NCBI RefSeq assembly: GCF_036321535.1
Contig: NC_087437.1
Span: forward strand, 32,304,001 to 32,368,000
DNA from: Camelus dromedarius
Taxonomy: Eukaryota
DNA length: 64,000 nucleotides
Reading direction: 5' to 3'
Below, piece after piece: positions 14,190-26,800 of this stretch. Every line of letters begins with the position of its first letter. Position 1 is the stretch's first letter. The notes below the pieces were generated by a model. The model saw nothing but the letters and a program-made list of their open reading frames with translations, searched no databases and was not told where the DNA came from. A program made the position numbers and the translations under genes.

Positions 14190-15179
14190 ACAAGAATTAA
14201 AACTAGACAGCAGCAAAATGTTAAGACCAAGACATTGGACTTATATTAAGCAAAAAAATGTATTCAGTCAGTGTAAATAGACAAAGTGTGACATGCTCTA
14301 AATGATGATGAGTTGATGAATTCTTTGCTGTCTGACCTGTAATATCAAGCCCCAATCAGAAATGAGTGGTCTGTCTCTCCTGGAGAGGTAGACTTTAGTT
14401 GCAGCCTGGGGAAAGAGGACACATAAAAGCAGATCTAGATTTGCCTTGCAATGACAGCTGCATATTAATCTAAAGAAATTCTAAAAAAATCAAAAAGACA
14501 TTTTCCAGCAAAATACACCCCTAGAGCCTCAATCATAAAGCAGGGGAATAAACTTGAAACAGGATTGATTTCATCTTAAAGGGAATATTTCTTTGAAATG
14601 CTACCAGCTGTAGTTGTCTTATTTGGTTTTCAATCCTATAACAAAATTGTGCCATATTGTGTCAAATAAGAAGATAATATAACAGCTTTAAACAAATTTT
14701 GTAATTATGGGTTCAAACAAAAGTACATTAAATTTGTGTGTATTTGGGAAGTTATGCCATTGAATACTAAGTAGCTCTAAATATCAACCTTCATTTTTCA
14801 CTTTGGTTATAAGACTTTCACTCTTAAAGAGTTAGATTTCCCCACCAGAAACTAGAGACTAGAAGAGAACCTGTACATTTCAGTGGTTTGCTGTTCTCTT
14901 TAGAAAATGCCAAGCACTGCCCTGGTAGAGATTGAGGATACTTAGGCATGAATGAGTATCCACGGTCTAATGCCTTTCATCAGACCCTAAGATCAGTTCT
15001 CACCTTTGGGCATCTTCACATTTTGCTGGAACATAGTTTCCAGACTCATGAAAAACTGGGTTTCTGTGTTAAGAGAAGACTTGATAACTGGATCCAATTT
15101 GGTTTGACTTTTATAAAGCTATTCCTTTAGTATTTGGTGTCCTTTGAGTGGAGAGGGAAAGATGTGAATAGGTTAGAAA

Positions 15180-15405
15180 GGCCTTGTAGATTTTCAATGT
15201 GTCAGGCAGGCCTGAGTTCAAGTTCTGAGTGTCTAGTTCTTACAAACTGGGCAGGGTGTTTTATTCTCCAGGCTTCAGTTTCCTCATCTATAAATTGGGG
15301 GAAATTTTAGTACCTCTGTTCTAGGTTGTTGTGAGAATTATCTAAGACAATGCACACAAAATACATAGCCTCAAGTCTGGCACATAATAATGGCTCAATA
15401 AAACA
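15180..15405 (+). mobile_element. MIR SINE
   Basis: CAGTTTCCTCATCTATAAATTGGGG ... GTTGTTGTGAGAATTA ... CTGGCACATAATAATGGCTCAATAAA. Confidence 0.85.
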
Positions 15406-16099
15406 GAGCTGTTGATAAAGACCTTGATGTCACAATTAACTAAAACTGTTTGGGCTTTTGAGTAAGTTTGGCAGGAAGTAAGTGTGGGAGGTAGTCTCTT
15501 TAAGGCTTTTGTTTGTTTGTTTTTTACCAGCACTGAGAGCAGGATTCATAATCTCAACTGGATTTGAGAAGGCAGAGGATGTGAACACAGAGAATTGGAT
15601 GACTCCATACCCTTTCACACTCTTCTTTCCAGAACTTCCTTTTGTCACTGAGCTGTTGAGTTTAAAATATTTTTTCCTGTAGTCTTTTGGTGTAAATTGG
15701 ATGTGTATTCCAGCTTTCAATGCACAAATTTAGAAAGTAGTACTACATCAGTTTTTCCTCCCTGCACTAACGTTTCCATGGAAGAAAGTAAATTTGGAGC
15801 TTTCTAGTTTCTTTTTTCTGTTTATTAAAAAAGTTCCCTGCATGCAAAGTCCCTGGCAAAGTAAAGTTTATCCTTTAGCTCTTAAGACTTGATTCACCTT
15901 AAGCAAATCTTTTTAAGGGATGCTCTGTATCATAAAGCAAACTGTGCCTGACAATCATTACATGAGCATTATGTGAACCCTGAGGAATAAATAAATCACT
16001 CAAAAGTGCCCAGGGAAATGCAGGGAGAAGTGTGAGGGAGAAAAAAAAAGTGGGCTCCCCCGCACTGGACACTAGAGCATGTCACTCCTTATTCTAGGG

Positions 16100-16240
16100 A
16101 TTTATGCAGCCTCACAGCAGTCTTGTGAAGCCTGGGCCCCCATTTGATGGATGATGACACTGAGAATCAGAGAACTGAGTAATCAGCCCAAGGGCACAGA
16201 ACGACCAAGTGGCAAAACGGGGATTTGAGCCCAGCTTTTG
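16100..16240 (-). mobile_element. MIR SINE
   Basis: GATGATGACACTGAGAATCAGAGA ... GGGATTTGAGCCCAG. Confidence 0.7.
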
Positions 16241-16396
16241 CACCCCTTCTACCTGAATCATGTCCATTAGCAGCTATTTCATCTAGCAAAATAAGTGTCT
16301 AAGGCTGATTCTCTCCCTCGACCTCCACTACAAAATCTGTGCTCCTACTGCCTTAAGGAGTGGAGGTAAGAGGAGAATAAAAGAGCTTCTCTGAAG

Positions 16397-16583
16397 CAGT
16401 GTCTTCAAAGCATGGTCTCCAGACCAGCACCGCCAGCTACACCCAAGGAACTTTGTTAGATGTGCAAGTTCTTGGGCCTCATCCCAGACCTAATGAATCA
16501 GAAACTCTGGGGTAGGGCCAGCAGGCTGTTTTAACAGGCCCTCCAAGGGACTCTGACGAGTGCTAAAGTTTGAGAACCACCAC
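16397..16583. mobile_element. hAT-Charlie MITE (MER5A-like)
   Basis: CCCAGACCTAATGAATCAGAAACTCTGGGG ... AAAGTTTGAGAACCAC. Confidence 0.88.
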
Positions 16584-17999
16584 TCTATAGCTCCAGACAA
16601 CCTGTCTTGAAAATAATGTGCAAGCCATGTATTTGTTGCTGCCCTTCCTCTTCAATCAATGGCGGACAACTGAGCCTGTCTTGGAAGGGCAGAAATGAGA
16701 GGAATCCTGTGAGTAACGCTGAAAACGTTTCCACATAGAACCCAATGTTAGCTTTCAGTTTCTCCAAAAAAGTACTACAAAACATACTTTGTCTATTCCT
16801 GACAACAGCATGGAAGCCTTTTAATTAGTCCACCCTGGAGGAAATAGAGATGTGCTCATTAAGTAATTGCTCTGATGACTAGTGGGCAGGGGTGTGCATT
16901 GTTTTCTGATGCATTTGTTTGGAGTGAGCAGTGCTACCAAACTGAAGGCTTCTTACAGAGGGTGTTAACATAAAAGGACTCCAACAAGCCGTGTGGGAGA
17001 GAAGGAGGTGGCATTCATGGCAGGAATAGTCACAGAGCCAAACACATACACACACTCACAAATACCAGTTCACACTGTGCAGACTAATCAATGCCCTGTA
17101 TCTCAGGAAAGTGAGCATTAATATTCCTGATACTCCCTGAAAGTTTAAAAAATATATCAAAAGTCTGGTGCTTTCTTCCAAGTTGCCATTGCATGTGGTT
17201 AAATGTCTATGCTTTACTGAAGGTGACTCAGACAGTAACAAGATGTAGAGACCCAGGGTATAGGAATATAAGAAATTGAGGTGAATACTGTTTATAGGAA
17301 TGTCCCAGCTTACAACTATGGGCATCTCATCCTAGCACACATTCAACTCTGGTAGGGAGTCTGAGTAATAGTATCCACACTCTCAGAGTTGGAGAGGAAA
17401 TCTGAGACTGTCTTCTCCAACTAAAGAACCCTCTCTATAAAAGCTCTGTCCCAGCATCATTCAGTATCATTTTTGATGAGGTCACACAAATCAAATCAGG
17501 CTGTTGGGAGTCACACACAGGAAGGGTGTGTGGGCCCAAGCCACAGAGGGCAGCTCCACAGATTGTGGTCCCCAAAATCACCCTATCACGAAGGAGGAAA
17601 CAGGCCATATAAAGTAGCTAGACTTTTTGCCCTTTCGTTCAAACTTCCAAGAATAAGACTTTCCTGGCCCAATCAGTGGTTGACAAAGGCAGTCCCTTCA
17701 GGGGGTCACGGGGAGAGTAGATTCTCTGGGTGATACAAGATGATGGGGCTGACTGAAAATCAGGCACCACACTGACTTCAAGTTAATGGTAGATGTATCT
17801 GTCTCCTACTCTAGATCATAAGCATCATCACAACATCTTATTTGTCTCAATAAAACCACTTTCTAGAGGAATCTCAACCTGTTAAGAGTATAAAAATGAA
17901 CTAACTTAGATTTTGCCAAGAAAAAAAATTGGTGTAGGCTCTAGAGTAAAAACAAGTATTTCAAACTTTCTCCTTGCAGGTTCACAGCAGAATTTCACT

Positions 18000-18289
18000 C
18001 TCTGCTCTGATGAGGTTAAATGTGGCCATGTGACTTTCTTTGGCTAATAAAATGTGAGCACAAGTAAAGATCACATCTGGGCAGAAGCCGTAAAGGGCCA
18101 GTGCTTGTTTCAGCACAGCCCTGCCCTCTGACATGAGGACTGTGGAAGCACATTTCAAGATGGTACAACATCAACCTGGATTCTTGAGTGACTATGGTGA
18201 GTGAGTCCATGGCTGACCCACACAGCACAAGTAGCATGGAAGTACACTACATATGTGTTGTTAAGACACTGAGATTTTGAGGGTGTTTG
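18000..18289 (+). mobile_element. MaLR solo LTR (MLT1H/I/J-like), interrupted near its 3' end by an ERV1 LTR
   Basis: TGTGGCCATGTGACTT..TGGC.AAT.AAATGTGAGCA and TGTTGTTAAGACACTGAGATTT. Confidence 0.7.
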
Positions 18290-18635
18290 TGTTAAAGAGA
18301 AAGTCTGTACTGGACACTTTTCTAAAATGGCAAGGCAAATTTTATCTGAACTAATGCAGTAGGGGAGAGAGACTTCAGTACAGAACTGAACTCAACCCTC
18401 AATACAGCAAAGACAACTGAGGATTTATTGCCAATGGGTAGAGTGAGAGGAGTTAGCAGATGGAAAATTGCTAAGAAGGACTTCATTAGATTTCAAGGAT
18501 GGGGGACTTCTCTATAAAGTTTCTGGGTAGGAGTCTTTGTGAAAACTGAGCCCAGGAGGCCAAGGTCAAGATGTAGTTGAGAAGAGGACTCAGAGGAACC
18601 TGACTAAAGTTCACTCAAGGAAGGAGTCCTTGTCA
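18290..18635 (-). mobile_element. ERV1 solo LTR (MER31-like)
   Basis: Ends GGCCAAGGTCAAG..TAGTTGAGAAGAGGACTCAGAGGAACCTGACTAAAGT...TTGTCA, the reverse complement of the recalled MER31 start. TG...CA termini. Confidence 0.8.
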
Positions 18636-18709
18636 TGTTTCACCATAGCCTAGATTATTGATTATCTCTGCCACTTTGTTAGGAAATATTTTTCTTTTCT
18701 TTTGAAACT

Positions 18710-19108
18710 TGTAATAGTTTGCAAGAACTACTATAGCAAAATGCCACAGACTGGGTGCCTTAAACAACAGAAATTAATTTTTTCACAGTTCTGAAGGCTA
18801 GAAGTCCAAGATCAAAGTGTTGACAGGTTTGGTTTCTTCGGAGGTCTCTCTCCTTGGTTTGCAGATGGCCACTTTTCCACTGTGTCCTTACACGGTCTTT
18901 CCTCTGTGCACAGGCACCCCTGGTGTTTTTCTCTGTGTCCAAATTTCTTTTTTTATAAGTCAGACTGAATTAGGGCCCTTCCTAATGGCCCCATTTAAAT
19001 TTAATCACTCCTTTACAGGACCTATCTCCAAATAAGTCACATTCTGAGATACTGGGGGTTAGGGCTCCAACATACACATTTTGGGGAGACAGAATTCAGC
19101 CCACAACT
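18710..19108 (-). mobile_element. MaLR solo LTR (MLT1B-like)
   Basis: CCACAGACTGGGTGCCTTAAACAACAGAAAT...GAAGTCCAAGATCAA...CTATCTCCAAATA.GTCACATTCTGAG. Confidence 0.88.
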
Positions 19109-20889
19109 TGCCCCAATTTTGCTCTCTCTAGTCCCCAGAAAGTACTGTATGCTTCCCTGCTCATGCCACTCATCCAAATGTGGGCCCTTCTTCTGATGTG
19201 GCCTGACCAGTGCATGGGCCACACCACTCTTCCTCCCCTTACTCCAAACTGTTCTTCTGTAAGCATGAGCTTAATGCCTGTATCACTCAGCTGGCTCTTC
19301 GTGATGCTAGAACTTCTTTGGGGTGACTTTTCTGTTAAGTTAAATTTCCCTCATTCAATTGATATTCTGAACCCAAACACAGTAGTTTATATTTATATTT
19401 GTTTTTGTTTATGATTATAAAACACATTTTTATTACCATCCTCATTACATTTCCTCTTATTTTTGACTTCTTGTTTGTGGCTTTAAAGTAGCTCTTGAAT
19501 CTTTATGCTGTCATCTTGTATGTCCATTGCTAGTTTCATGAAGTTGCTTTCTCTGCCTTTATCTAAGATGGGAGATATGCTTAACAGGAAAGGTCCAACA
19601 GAGTTCTAGGTCACACCTGAACAGCCCCCTGCAGGTTCTCTGTTGACTCTGACTTAAGAATCCTGTATGTTCCGGATCCTGGTGGCTCAGCAATTCCTCA
19701 GCTGGATCTGCCCAAGCAGAGCTTGCCCAAGGGGAACCCTGAAGCTCGAGTAAGCCTCAGTTCTGACAGTACGCTGGCATTCTGAAGGGATTTCCCTTCG
19801 CCAGGGGTCCCTGGCACTGTATTGTGGCCATTCTCAGATCCATGTAAATAGAATAAAAAACAGCCCCAGTTTAATCTGCTGCTCCAGCTCCTGCGAGGAC
19901 ACAGCTGGTGAGGGTGTACTGACTCTATTCACAAGCCAGTCCCTTCTCTCCTGCCTTGCAATAATGTTGTTGTCTTTGTTATTCTATATCCTGCGGTGAC
20001 TTCCCTGAGTGCAGCGAGTGATTAATTTAGCTGGTGTCACAGGCTACAACATGTTGATATAAAGGGAAAAAGAGAGAAAAAATGAAAAGTGCGGAGGGGT
20101 GAAAGGCTGCTGCAGCAAACACACACAGGAACCAAGCTCCAGCCCTCGCACAAGATGCTCCATTGGCCAGAGTGACCCCACGACATTGTTTTTGTGAACA
20201 CGAGTATGAACTTCTGAATGGTTGAGTTCCGAAATTCAAAGCCTCAAACTCTCCCAGGGCTCTCTCACTTCCCCCAATGCCTCAGAAACATCAGTAGCTT
20301 CAGGAAATAATGAAAAACAAATCAGAAATAAAATCAGAACTTGAAAACCCATGGTTCTCTATGAAAAGGGCTTCTACTGTTCAAATGCTGGTTTACAGGA
20401 GAGTGAGATTCAGGATCTTGTATGAAAACAAACTCTAAGATCTGTGCTGTTTTGATGTCCAATTTAACCCCTTATACTTCTTGGCTCATGAAGTTGAAAA
20501 GGGATAATTTGGCCATAATTTGTGAGACCTCGTAGTGTTCACCAATCCTACATGGAAGGTTGTCTGCACATATGTTTGTTGATACTGGTGATAACTGTAT
20601 CTATAGCCCACATAGGGCAGTTTTTAAAAAATTAATACCATGAAAAGGGTTTAATTTTATAATTGTGAAACCTCTGATAGCGGGTCTGTGAATAATACAG
20701 TTTTCCCTATATAGGATCCAACTCCTCCCTTGCCATTTTGTAAACTGGCTTTTAAATATTGGGTTAGAAGTAACTTAAGAGAGAATGATTTTTTTAGTTT
20801 TCACACTAAGCCCAGATTTTGACATTTTTACCCTCAAAAATACTTTAAAGAGATAGCTGTAATAATTTTCATTAAAAAGTGATACAACC

Positions 20890-22565
20890 GGGGAGACGGA
20901 GAAGATGGCGGAGTAGAAGGACGCTCGCAGGTCACCCTCTCCCACAAATACACCAAGACCCACATCTACAGACCCACTCAGCCAACCAGAGCACCTGCGG
21001 AACTCCGACAGAACATCGCCCTCTTCAAAAGATAAACACGCCAAAAATCTGGTAGGAGAAAAGGAAAAAAGAAAGAACAAAAGGCAAAGCAGCGCGGGAC
21101 GGGTCCCGCAGGGAGGGAGCGGCAAAGGAGGACTGGCGCTCGCTCGCTGGGTCTCCCCTCTCCAACTGAGAGGCCAGCGGGACGGAGGGGGAGCCTCCGA
21201 GGCTCGGATCTGTACAGAGCAGCCCTTGACTAACAGAACTAAGTTAAACGGCACAGAGCGTTCCCCCGACACCCAGCCTGAGACGCGGGCCGGCAGCGGC
21301 GGGCAGGGCCAGGCTGCACAAGCCGGGCGGAGGACGGGGGCGGCTGCACAGAGGCAGCCCCGGGGGAACACAAGGGGCTGCGCGCCGTGGCTGTGGGTGC
21401 ACAGGGCAGAACAACCTGGGCCCGCCATAAAACAGCAAGGTTGATGTGCTCTCGGGGGGAAGGGTGCACACCCCCATCTCTGAAAACCCGCGGAAAGTTT
21501 TCGGGGGAAGAGAGGCGGGGCTCTGGCACAGCCGCCATATCCTCCGTGCTGAGCACCCAGGCGGGGGCGGGGTGGAAACCTGCATCCGCACGGAAGGGCT
21601 TAGCAGCCTCAAAGGCCAGACTGAGACTGGCCTGCAGCCCGGGGCAGATAGGATCCTTCCATCCTGGTCCCTCAGAGAACTTGCTCCACAAAGACAAACA
21701 AGGAGCTGGGTTTTGGCTCAGAGCAGGGACAGGGCTGTCCCTCGGTCTTCCCCGAGCCCACCTGCAGAGCGCCGACCAGGGCGGAGCGCGCAGCTGCATA
21801 AAGAGCGGAGGTACCGGCGGCGCAGGTGGAGGGAGAGCGGCCCCCACGCCTTTCGGGCAGGAACACAGCCCCTGACCGAGGTGCTGGGAGGGGGCACGAC
21901 CCGCCCTCCTACCTGGCCAGTCTGCAACATCTGACTGCGGCATCCGGAGGGGCAGCGACCCGCCCGCCCACAGCAGAGAGCTGAACCTGACCCCGTGTTA
22001 GGAGGAGGCGCGATCTGCTTGCCGGCAGGTGCTGGGAGCAGCACAGAAGAGGGCGCCAACGGAGGGCCTCTGAAAACAGCAAGCTGAGCTTCCAAAACAG
22101 GACGAAGACAGAAAGACTTCACATTAAAAGCACACAGACTCCAGGAGAACACCGACAAACCCCCCACCCTTTTTTTTTAAATCTGTTTTTACCTGTTCTA
22201 TTTTCTATTACTCTCTTAATCTTTACTTCTTAATTCATTTCTATTTCTCTTGGGTTTTGATGTCCTGCTATTGATTAGACACAGGTTTCAAATACATCTA
22301 TTCATCTCCCCCCCCCCTTTTTTTGTAAAGGTTTTAAAAGGACGTCTCAACCCGATTAATACTCTGCTTCAACTCACTCTTCTATTATTCATTATACACT
22401 GTTTTCAAACCCTCTTTCTCCCTTCTTTTAAAATTCTTTCTCTCTCTCTCTTATGTTTTTTTCTTTTTTTCCTAAGTTCTATTCCTAAATAGGCATCAGA
22501 TAGATAAAATCCTTAAGGACCAAAATAAACAACTGATACTCCATAAACCACAGTGCCAAAGAGGT
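20890..22565 (+). promoter_or_regulatory. L1 5'UTR / internal Pol II promoter: CpG-island-like about 20890-22070, then T-rich about 22160-22490
   Basis: Dense CpG and high GC against an AT-rich background. AAGATGGCGG motif near the 5' end. Lies upstream of the ORF1 ATG. Confidence 0.88.
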
Positions 22566-23467
22566 ATGAGCAAGATGAAGAAGCAGAAAAACCTTTCCCA
22601 ATTAAAAGAACAAGAGAAATCCCCTGAAAGAAAGATCAACGAAATAGACATCAATAGCCTACTAGATCAAGATTTCAAAAAAGGAGTGATCGAATTGCTG
22701 AAGGAATTAAAACAGATAGTGTTTAGAGATATAAAATATGTCAAAAATGAAATTGAAGCTATAAAGAAGAGCCAAGTAGAATGGGTAAACTCATTGACAG
22801 AGATGAGGAATGATCTAATAGCTGTGCAAAGCCGACTAGATAATGCAGAGGAACGAATTAGTGATCTAGAAGACAGGGCAATAGAAAGCATCCATTCAGA
22901 ACAACTACAAGAGAAGCAAATAAAAAATAATGAAAATAGCATAAGGGACCTATGGGATAATATAAAGCGTCCCAATCTTCGCATAATAGGGGTTCCAGAA
23001 GGAGAAGAAAGATCAAAGGGGATTGAAAAGGTTTTTGAAGAAATCATGACTGAAAACTTCCCAAACTTAAAGAAGGAATCAGATATCCAAGTACAGGAAG
23101 CTCAGAGGGTCCCAAACAGGAAGAACCCAAATAGACTCACACCAAGACATATCATAATCAAGATGGCCAGAGTCAAGGATAAAGAAATGATTCTAAAGGC
23201 AGCAAGAGAAAAGCAAAGAGTAAGTTACAAGGGAACCCCCATAAGGCTCTCAGCTGATTTCTCTACACAAACACTACAGGCCAGAAGGGAGCGGCAAGAT
23301 ATATTCAAAGCCCTGAATGAAAAAAAGATGCAGCCTAGGATCCTTTATCCAGCAAGGCTATCCTTGAGGACAGAAGGAGAAATAGAGTTTCACAGACAAA
23401 AAAAAAGCTGCAGGAGTTTAGCAACACTAAACCCATGCTAAAAGAAATATTGAAAGGGCTATTCTAA
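22566..23467 (+). pseudogene. L1 ORF1p (coiled coil, RRM, CTD), frameshifted near the C-terminus
   Basis: LWDNIKRPNLRIIGVPEGEE, FEEIMTENFPNL, PRHIIIK and YPARL motifs. The track ORF ends at 23441 in a shifted frame. The expected tail (LQEFSNTKPMLKEILKGLF*) is in another frame ending at TAA 23465-23467. Confidence 0.93.
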
Positions 23468-23871
23468 ATAGAAAAGCAGCAGGATGCTACAGAAATGAGA
23501 AACACACAACTGGAAAGGTGATAACTCATGAATTACAAATAAAGTAAACATGAAATTATAAAAGAAGACATACAAATCACTGAGAGTGGGAGAGGGAGGC
23601 AGGGAAATATAGAATATTTTTTTCTTTCAATTTAAAATTTTTTTAACAGTAGGATGGGTTTGAGATCACGTTACTATGAGTTTAATAAAAACAGTTATAG
23701 TAATGGGTTGACAGATTTACAAAAAAGGGTAATCACAAGCCAAAAATTTACAAAGGAGTCACAAAAATTAAATAAAATCCATGATAATACAAAGGAAAAT
23801 TACCAAACCACAAAAGGAAGAAGAAAGGAACAAAGAGGATATACCAATTCAACTGCAAAGATAAGTTCAAA

Positions 23872-26800
23872 ATGGCAATAAACACACATCTATCATTAAT
23901 TACTGTAAATGTTAACGGACTAAATGCTCCAGTCAAAAGACACAGAGTGGCAGACTGGATAATAAAGCAAGAACCTTCAATATGCTGCATACAAGAGACC
24001 CACTTTAGGGAGAAGGACACATATAGATTGAGAGTGAAAGGATGGAAAAGGATATTCCATGCAAATGGAAAAGCCAAAAAAGCAGGTGTTGCAGTACTGA
24101 TTTCAGACAAAATAGACTTTAAAACAAAGGCCATAAAGAAAGATAAAGAAGGACATTTTATAATGATTAAAGGAGTGATACAAGATGAGGATATTACACT
24201 CGTTAATATATATGCACCCAATATAGGAGCACCTAAGTACATACAAGAATTACTAACAGAGATAAAGGGGGATATTGATGGGAATACAATCATAGTTGGA
24301 GATTTTAACACTGCATTAACATCACTAGACAGATCTTCCAGACAGAAAATAAACAAGGCAACAGAGAAATTAAATACTACAATAGAAAAACTAGATTTGG
24401 TGGATATTTTCAGAGCATTACACCCCCCAAAAATAGGATATACATTCTTTTCAAGTGCACATGGAACATTTTCCAGGATTGATCACGTACTTGGGCAAAA
24501 AAGAAACCTCAACAATTTTAAGAAGATAGAAATTATCTCAAGCATCTTTACTGACCACAATGCCATGAAACTGGAAATCAATAACAGAGAAACAAAGGAG
24601 AAAAAAAGGAAAGCATGGAGATTAAACAATATGTTATTAAAAAACCAATGGGTCAATGAGGAAATCAAAGCTGAAATTAAAAAATACCTTGAGACAAATG
24701 ACAATGAAAGCACAACCACTCAAAACCTATGGGACACAGCAAAGGCAGTGCTAAGAGGGAAGTTTATAGCGATACAGGCCTTCCTCAAAAAAGAAGAACA
24801 ATCTCAAATAAACAATTTAACCCACCACCTGAATGAATTAGAAAAAGAAGAACAAAAAGCCCCAAAAAGCAGCAGAAGGAAGGAAATAATAAAGATCAGA
24901 GAGGAATTAAATACAATAGAGATTAACAAGACCATAGAAAAAATCAACCAAACCAAAAGCTGGTTTTTTGAAAAAGTAAATAAAATCGACAAACCTCTGG
25001 CCAAACTCACAAAGAAGAAAAAAGAGAGAGCACAAATTAGCAAAATAAGAAAGGAAAATGGAGAAATTACAACAAACAAAATAGAAATACAGAATATCAT
25101 ACGAGAATATTATGAAAAACTATATGGAACCAAACTGGATAACCTAGAGGAGATGGACAAGTTTCTGGAAACATACTGTCCACCAAAACTGAATCAAGAA
25201 GAATCTGAACACTTGAACAATCCGATCACTAGAAAGGAAATAGAAATAGCAATTAAAAACCTCCCTACAAATAAAAGTCCAGGACCGGATGGCTTCACCG
25301 GGGAATTCTACCAAACATACAAAGAAGAACTCATACCAGTCCTTCTCAAACTCTTCCAGACGATTGAAAAGGAGGGAATACTCCCAAACTCATTCTATGA
25401 AGCCACCATCACCCTGATACCAAAACCAGGCAAAGACACTACAAAAAAAGAGAATTATAGGCCAATATCACTGATGAACATAGACGCCAAAATCCTCACC
25501 AAAATTTTAGCAAATAGAATCCAACAACACATAAAAAAGATTATACATCATGACCAAGTGGGGTTCATCCCAGGGACACAAGGCTGGTTCAACATACGCA
25601 AATCAATCAGTGTAATACATCACATCAACAAGAGAAAGGACAAAAACCACATGATCATCTCAATCGATGCAGAAAAAGCATTTGATAAAATTCAACACCC
25701 ATTTATGATAAAAACTCTCGCCAAAGTGGGTATAGAGGGAACATATCTCAACATAATAAAAGCTATATATGACAAACCTACAGTCAGCATAGTACTCAAC
25801 GGTGAAAAACTCAAAAGCTTCCCACTAAAATCTGGGACAAGACAAGGATGCCCACTATCACCACTCCTATTCAACATAGTCCTGGAAGTCCTAGCCACAG
25901 CAGTCAGGCAAGAGAAAGAAATAAAAGGGATCCAAATTGGAAAAGAAGAGGTAAAAGTTTCATTATATGCTGACGACATGTTACTATATATAGAAAACCC
26001 TAAAAGGTCCACACAAAAGCTACTAGAGCTGATGGAAGAATTCAGCAAGGTAGCAGGTTACAAAATTAATGTTCAAAAATCAATTGCATTTCTTTACACT
26101 AACGATAAATCAACAGAAGAAGAAAGTAAAGAAACAATCCCCTTTAAAATAGCACCCAAAGTAATAAAATATCTGGGAATAAATCTAACCAAGGAGATGA
26201 AAGAATTATACACAGAAAACTATAAACCATTGAGGAAGGAAATTAAAGAAGACTTTAAAAAATGGAAAGATATCCCATGCTCTTGGATTGGAAGAATCAA
26301 TATTGTTAAAATGGTCACACTGCCCAAGGCAATCTACAGATTTAATGCAATCCCTATCCAATTACCCAGGACATATTTCACAGAACTAGAACAAATCATA
26401 ATAAAATTCATATGGAACCATCAAAGACCTAGAATTGCCAAAGCATTACTGAAGAGAAAGAAAGAGGCTGGAGGAATAACTCTCCCAGACTTCAGACAAT
26501 ACTATAGAGCTACAGTCATCAAGACAGCATGGTATTGGTACCAAAACAGACATATAGACCAATGGAACAGAATAGAGAGCCCAGAAATGAACCCACAAAC
26601 TTTTGGTCAACTCATCTTTGACAAAGGAGGCAAGAATATACATTGGAATAAAGACAGTCTCTTCAGCAAATGGTGTTGGGAAAACTGGACAGCAGCATGT
26701 AAAATAATGAAGCTAGAACACTCCCTTACACCATATACAAAAATCAACTCAAAATGGATTAAAGACTTCAACATAAGACAAGATACAATAAACCTCCTAG

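Noticed and set aside
15510..15682. Plus-strand acceptor-like TTTTTACCAG followed by an open frame
   Set aside because: There is no clear donor site and no recognisable peptide.
21226..21934. Sense-strand ORFs of up to 162 aa in the L1 5'UTR
   Set aside because: They are GC-rich and poor in stops, several start at non-ATG codons, and they show no recognisable domain.
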